DNA from: Hydrotalea sp.
GTDB lineage: Bacteria > Pseudomonadota > Alphaproteobacteria > JASGCL01
Length of the DNA stretch: 64,000 nucleotides
Direction of reading: 5' to 3'
Assembly: GCA_030054115.1 (NCBI GenBank)
Contig: JASGCL010000004.1
Span: 106-64,105, forward strand
This document shows positions 59,649-64,000 of this stretch, one piece after another. Each line of letters starts with the position of its first letter. The stretch's first letter is position 1. The notes below the pieces were generated by a model that saw only the letters and a program-made list of their open reading frames with translations, was not told the origin of the DNA and made no database searches. A program made the position numbers and the translations under genes.

Positions 59649-59821
59649 CCGGCAACCTTGCCATAACCCTGCCAGCAATCTGATTGAAAAACACCCGCCG
59701 GTTGGTGTATGATATGCTTGGCCCCTATAGCAAATGTATGAAATTGCTATGGCCGTCTTCGCTAATCAATTTTTTATTTTTTACCACCTTGCCCGCCAAT
59801 ACCATCCCCGCATTACAAGCC

Positions 59822-60628
59822 ATGAAGGGGCGCGAAAAAATCGTCGTCCTGTCGCTTTACACCCACCCGATGGCCGCCCTATGCGCGCCCGCCACCGATG
59901 TCTTGTTGGTCGGGGATTCGCTCGGCATGGTGCTTTATGGCTTTGACAGCACCCTGCCGGTCACGCTCGAGATGATGATAAGACACGGCCAAGCGGTGCG
60001 TGCGGGCGCGCCAGAATCCTTGGTGGTGATTGACATGCCGTTTGGCACGGTCGAAAAAACCACGCCCGAGGCAATCGCCAATTGCCGCCGCGTGATGCAG
60101 GAAACCACCGCCCATGACCCGGCCGGCCAAGAATTAAAAGTCGCTGGTGTGAAAATCGAGGGCGGCAAGGAAATGGCCGAGACCATCGGCGGTGTGGTGT
60201 CGGCCGGCATTCCGGTAATGGGGCATGTCGGGTTGTTGCCGCAACGCGCCAAGCAACTCGGCGGGTTCAAGGCGCAGGGCATCGATAAAAAAGATTGGCC
60301 ACGGATTATCGACGACGCCCTTGCCGTCGAACGCGCCGGCGCATTCGCAATAGTGGTCGAGGCGGTGGCGGCCGGCCTGGGACGTGAAATAACCAACGCG
60401 GTAAAAATTCCCACCATCGGCATCGGGGCGGGGGCCGATTGCGACGGGCAAGTTTTGGTGGCCGACGACATGCTCGGCATTACCTACCACCAACGCAAAA
60501 AACCCAGGTTCGTGCGGCAATTTGCCACGCTTGATAAAACAATTCAAACCGCGACCAGCGATTTCGCGCAAGCGGTTAAAAATGGCGATTTCCCACGGGA
60601 CGAAGAAACCTACAAAGAAAAAAACTAA
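59822..60628 (+). CDS. panB: 3-methyl-2-oxobutanoate hydroxymethyltransferase
   Basis: The sequence LLVGDSLGMV ... is present. The start is trimmed to MKGREKIV. Confidence 0.85.
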   Translation: MKGREKIVVLSLYTHPMAALCAPATDVLLVGDSLGMVLYGFDSTLPVTLEMMIRHGQAVRAGAPESLVVIDMPFGTVEKTTPEAIANCRRVMQETTAHDPAGQELKVAGVKIEGGKEMAETIGGVVSAGIPVMGHVGLLPQRAKQLGGFKAQGIDKKDWPRIIDDALAVERAGAFAIVVEAVAAGLGREITNAVKIPTIGIGAGADCDGQVLVADDMLGITYHQRKKPRFVRQFATLDKTIQTATSDFAQAVKNGDFPRDEETYKEKN

Positions 60629-60649
60629 AAAAAAATTGCAAAGAAAAAC

Positions 60650-61492
60650 ATGACGCCAACCATCATCACCAGCATCACCGCCATGCGCGAATTTATCGCT
60701 GGCGAAAAAAAATTGGGTAAAAAAATTGGCTTCGTGCCGACCATGGGGGCGTTGCACGACGGGCATTTGTCGTTGGTAAAAACCGCCAAAGAAAAAAGCG
60801 ACCTGGTGGTGGCGTCAATTTTTGTTAACCCCAAACAATTTTCGGCCAGCGAGGATATCGAACGTTACCCGCGCCCCTTGGCCGACGACATTGCCAAATT
60901 AACCACCATGGCGGTGCCGGTGATTTACACCCCCAGCCCGGCCGATATTTACCCCGCCGATTTTTCAACCACGGTGGCGGTGCCGTCGCTCGCCAATATA
61001 TTATGCGGCGCAATACGCCCCGGGCATTTTGACGGCGTTGCCCTTATCGTTACCAAATTGTTTTTGCAAACCATGCCCGACGTCGCGGTGTTCGGTGAAA
61101 AAGATTATCAACAATTGATGATTATAAAAAAATTGGCGCAGGATTTAAATTTCCCCATCACCATCATCGGCGCGGCAACGGTGCGCCACAATGACGGCTT
61201 GGCCATGTCATCGCGCAATCAATATCTAACCGCCGACGAACGTGCCATCGCGCCCTTGCTGTTTAAAACATTGCAGGCCACCGCCCAAAAATTATTGGCG
61301 GCGGCTGATGCGCGCGCTGTTTTCGCTGATGCAACAAACGATTTATTGGCCGGCGGTTTTCACAAAATCGATTATTTGGAATGGCGCACCGCCGATAATT
61401 TATCGCCGGCCCATGACGCGCGGCAACCAAGCCGTTTGTTGGTGGCGGCGCATTTGGGTCGGGCGCGGCTGATTGACAATATCGCGGTGTGA
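60650..61492 (+). CDS. panC: Pantoate--beta-alanine ligase
   Basis: The sequence GFVPTMGALHDGHLSL is present. Confidence 0.9.
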   Translation: MTPTIITSITAMREFIAGEKKLGKKIGFVPTMGALHDGHLSLVKTAKEKSDLVVASIFVNPKQFSASEDIERYPRPLADDIAKLTTMAVPVIYTPSPADIYPADFSTTVAVPSLANILCGAIRPGHFDGVALIVTKLFLQTMPDVAVFGEKDYQQLMIIKKLAQDLNFPITIIGAATVRHNDGLAMSSRNQYLTADERAIAPLLFKTLQATAQKLLAAADARAVFADATNDLLAGGFHKIDYLEWRTADNLSPAHDARQPSRLLVAAHLGRARLIDNIAV

Positions 61493-61571
61493 TAAAAAAT
61501 CAAAAATGCGCCACCAGCAAAACAAGATTGAAATCATTGCTTGTTTTTGCTAGGCAACAAGCTGTAACATT

Positions 61572-61958
61572 ATGACGCCGATGACGCCCATGAATTCAAT
61601 GACGAATTATGACAACAACAATATCTTTGCCAAAATTTTGCGCGGGGAAATCCCTTGTAAAAAATTTGCCGACAACGCGGTCGCCTTGGCCTTTCACGAT
61701 ATTCACCCGCGAAAAAAAATTCATCTTTTGGTTATCCCCAAGGGTGACTATGTTTCCTTTTCTGATTTCACACGCCACGCCACGCCCGACGAACAGGTTG
61801 GGTTTTGGGCATTGGTCGAAAAAATTACCGCCGACAGCGGCGTCGATAAAACCGGCTATCGCATTATCACCAACCATGGGGCGCATGGCCACCAGGAGGT
61901 TCCCCATTTCCACATCCACCTATTGGGTGGCGAATCAACCGGCCCCCTTACCAATTAA
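61572..61958 (+). CDS. HIT-family hydrolase. The N-terminus has 4 in-frame ATGs within a degenerate 9-bp repeat.
   Basis: The histidine triad HFHIHLLGG is present. Confidence 0.8.
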   Translation: MTPMTPMNSMTNYDNNNIFAKILRGEIPCKKFADNAVALAFHDIHPRKKIHLLVIPKGDYVSFSDFTRHATPDEQVGFWALVEKITADSGVDKTGYRIITNHGAHGHQEVPHFHIHLLGGESTGPLTN

Positions 61959-61973
61959 CACCAACCATTAAAC

Positions 61974-62597
61974 ATGTTTATCGAACGCCGCTATTGGCCA
62001 AATTTACTAACCCTATATCGCATTTTGGCGGTGCCGCTTTTTGCCTACTGCTGGTCATTCCAAACCGCTTTTTACGATTGGGTCAACCTTGGCATCTACG
62101 CCTTGGCCGGCCTGTCCGATTATTTGGATGGTTGGTTGGCGCGGCGCGACAAACGGGTCAGTAATTTTGGCCGCATGCTCGACCCGATATCGGATAAAAT
62201 AATGGTGATGGCGGTGCTGTTGCTGATGGTCGCCGATAAAACAATCTACGGCATTAATTTAATTCCCGCCATGTTGATTTTGATAAGGGAGGTTGGGGTT
62301 TCCGGCATGCGCGAATTTTTGTCAGAAATTAATATCAAAATGCCGGTCAGCAAATTGGCAAAATGGAAAACCACGGCGCAGATGATTTCGCTCGGGTTTT
62401 TGATTGTCCACCTCGACCAACTTTTTGGTTTGCCGATACGCGCCATCGGCATTGTGTTGTTGTGGGGCGCGGCGGCCTTGACGTTGATAACCGGCTATGA
62501 CTATTTGAAAAAGGCTTGGCCGCACATCAGCCTTGACCCGCTGAAAGAAAAACCAGCCAAAAAAATAAATAAAAAACGGAGAAAAAAAACCGCATGA
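61974..62597 (+). CDS. pgsA: CDP-diacylglycerol--glycerol-3-phosphate 3-phosphatidyltransferase
   Basis: The CDP-alcohol phosphatidyltransferase motif DYLDGWLAR...G...D...D is present. Confidence 0.8.
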   Translation: MFIERRYWPNLLTLYRILAVPLFAYCWSFQTAFYDWVNLGIYALAGLSDYLDGWLARRDKRVSNFGRMLDPISDKIMVMAVLLLMVADKTIYGINLIPAMLILIREVGVSGMREFLSEINIKMPVSKLAKWKTTAQMISLGFLIVHLDQLFGLPIRAIGIVLLWGAAALTLITGYDYLKKAWPHISLDPLKEKPAKKINKKRRKKTA

Positions 62598-63616
62598 CCA
62601 ATATCGCCATCAACGGGTTTGGCCGCATCGGCCGGCTGATGCTTCGCGCCCTGGTGAAGCACCCTGATTTTAACAAAAAAATAAAGCTGGTCGCCATCAA
62701 CAGCCCGGGCGCGGCGGCGGCCATGGCGCATCTGTTCAAATATGATTCGGCGCACGGCATCTACCCTGGCGCGGTCACCGCGACCGACGATGGTTTGGAT
62801 ATTGGTTTTGGCCGCATCGCCTACAGCCAAATCAAGGACCCCAAAGAAATTGATTGGCAAAAATTGGGGGTCGATATTGTGCTGGAATGTTCGGGCAAAT
62901 TTAACGACCGAGAAAAGGCCGCGGTGCATTTGACCTCGGGCGCGAAAAAAGTTCTGGTGTCGGCCCCGTCAAAGGGTGCGGATAAAACCATCGTCTACGG
63001 CGTCAACCACGATATATTAACGGCGGCCGATAAAATTGTGTCGGCGGCGTCCTGCACCACCAATTGCCTCGCGCCGATTGCAAAAATTTTGGAGGATAAG
63101 GTCGGCATCCAAAATGGCTTCATGACCACCATCCACGCCTACACCGGCGACCAAAATATTGTTGATAGCAGTCATAAGGACCTGCGCCGCGCCCGCGCCG
63201 CCGCAACATCGATGATTCCCACCTCGACCGGTGCCGCCAAATCGATTGGCGAGGTCATTCCCAGTTTGAAGGGCAAGCTGGATGGCGCGTCGATGCGCGT
63301 GCCGACGGTCAATGTGTCCTGCGTCGATTTGGTGGCGGTGTTAAAAACCGCGGTCAGCACCAGTGAACTTCATGGCTTCTTCACCGCCGCCGAAACGGGT
63401 GCGCTGAAAAATATTCTCACCACCACCAACCTGCCGCTGGTGTCGATTGATTTCAACGGCATGGCCGCCAGCGGTTGCGTCGATTTGTTGGAAACATCGG
63501 CGCGCGCCAAATCGGGCGAAAAAAGCACGTTGGTGCGGGTGTTGTCATGGTATGACAACGAAATGGGTTTTTCTCACCGCATGGTCGACGTCCTGCTAAA
63601 AATGGCGGCGTTGTAA
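62594..63616 (+). CDS. gap: Glyceraldehyde-3-phosphate dehydrogenase
   Basis: The sequences INGFGRIGR and ASCTTNCLAP are present. Confidence 0.9.
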   Translation: MTNIAINGFGRIGRLMLRALVKHPDFNKKIKLVAINSPGAAAAMAHLFKYDSAHGIYPGAVTATDDGLDIGFGRIAYSQIKDPKEIDWQKLGVDIVLECSGKFNDREKAAVHLTSGAKKVLVSAPSKGADKTIVYGVNHDILTAADKIVSAASCTTNCLAPIAKILEDKVGIQNGFMTTIHAYTGDQNIVDSSHKDLRRARAAATSMIPTSTGAAKSIGEVIPSLKGKLDGASMRVPTVNVSCVDLVAVLKTAVSTSELHGFFTAAETGALKNILTTTNLPLVSIDFNGMAASGCVDLLETSARAKSGEKSTLVRVLSWYDNEMGFSHRMVDVLLKMAAL

Positions 63617-63622
63617 AAATTT

Positions 63623-64000
63623 TTATACTGCTCCATGCTGTTCTAAAACTTCTGCGATTTTAGAATGCCTAAAATCTTTGGCTAGACGCAGAGCTGTGGA
63701 GCCATTCTTATCTGTGTGATTGACCTTGGCACCATTTTTTAATAACAATATAATAATATCAATATTTCCTTTAAAACTTGCTAGCATTAAACAGCTTCCG
63801 CCATTGTTGTCGGGTTGATTAACATCCGCGCCATTTTTTAATAACAACCTAACGATTTCAACAAACCCTTCATCGATAGCATACATTAAAGCCGTCCAGC
63901 CATCTAAAATCTCTGCTTGATTAACATCTGCCCCTTTATTTAAAAATAATTGAACAACATCGGCATGCCCGAACTTACTGGCATACATTAAAGTTGTATG
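63623..64000 (-). CDS. Ankyrin-repeat protein, partial; its N-terminus lies beyond the window end
   Basis: ANK motifs are present with a C-terminus VLEQHGAV, paralogous to the LLEKHGAK ends of the other two ANK genes. The gene is AT-rich. Confidence 0.75.
   Translation of the reverse strand, partial: HTTLMYASKFGHADVVQLFLNKGADVNQAEILDGWTALMYAIDEGFVEIVRLLLKNGADVNQPDNNGGSCLMLASFKGNIDIIILLLKNGAKVNHTDKNGSTALRLAKDFRHSKIAEVLEQHGAV

Overview
This 64-kb window looks like part of an alphaproteobacterial chromosome from a host-associated organism, judged from the abundance of ankyrin, Sel1 and TPR proteins. That assignment is inferred from gene content only. The coding backbone is roughly 50% GC and is interrupted by several sharply AT-rich inserts. 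Most of the window is housekeeping: a folE-mmuM pair, hisI, a partial cob cluster (cobB, cobA, cbiD, cobK), rplM-rpsI, the his operon hisBHAFE, hslVU, pyrC, tyrS, ppdK, ogt, panBC, pgsA and gap. Accessory content is scattered between these. (1) At the 5' edge sits an AT-rich convergent gene pair: a small protein with a PD-(D/E)xK-like signature and a protein resembling the Beta_protein/sce7725 family, a candidate defence-type module. (2) A GC-rich noncoding region carries a MITE-like nested palindrome and three roughly 45-bp direct repeats that bracket a small lipoprotein gene. These belong to a dispersed repeat family found again at about 34.7 kb and 48.1 kb. (3) Five paralogous TPR-glycosyltransferase genes lie in a row (four GT9-type, one with a GT-A-like C-terminal domain). 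Further downstream is a dTDP-3-amino-3,6-dideoxyhexose gene set (rmlA, rmlB, fdtA-like, degT-like, GtrB-like GT2). (4) A block encodes a copper amine oxidase, a cupredoxin and two orphan solute-binding proteins. (5) There are two tRNAs: Leu-CAA, and a CAT-anticodon Met/Ile2 tRNA followed by a 30-nt duplicate of its own 3' end plus tandem repeats, flanked upstream by a roughly 28% GC membrane protein gene, which reads as an integration or excision scar. (6) Three Sec-signal ankyrin proteins are present; two are paralogs with near-identical sigma70-like promoters and one carries a recent intragenic duplication. A Nuc/PLD HKD protein lies next to them. (7) Short in-frame tandem repeats sit at or near the starts of several genes. 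No rRNA, CRISPR array, integrase or transposase was recognised.
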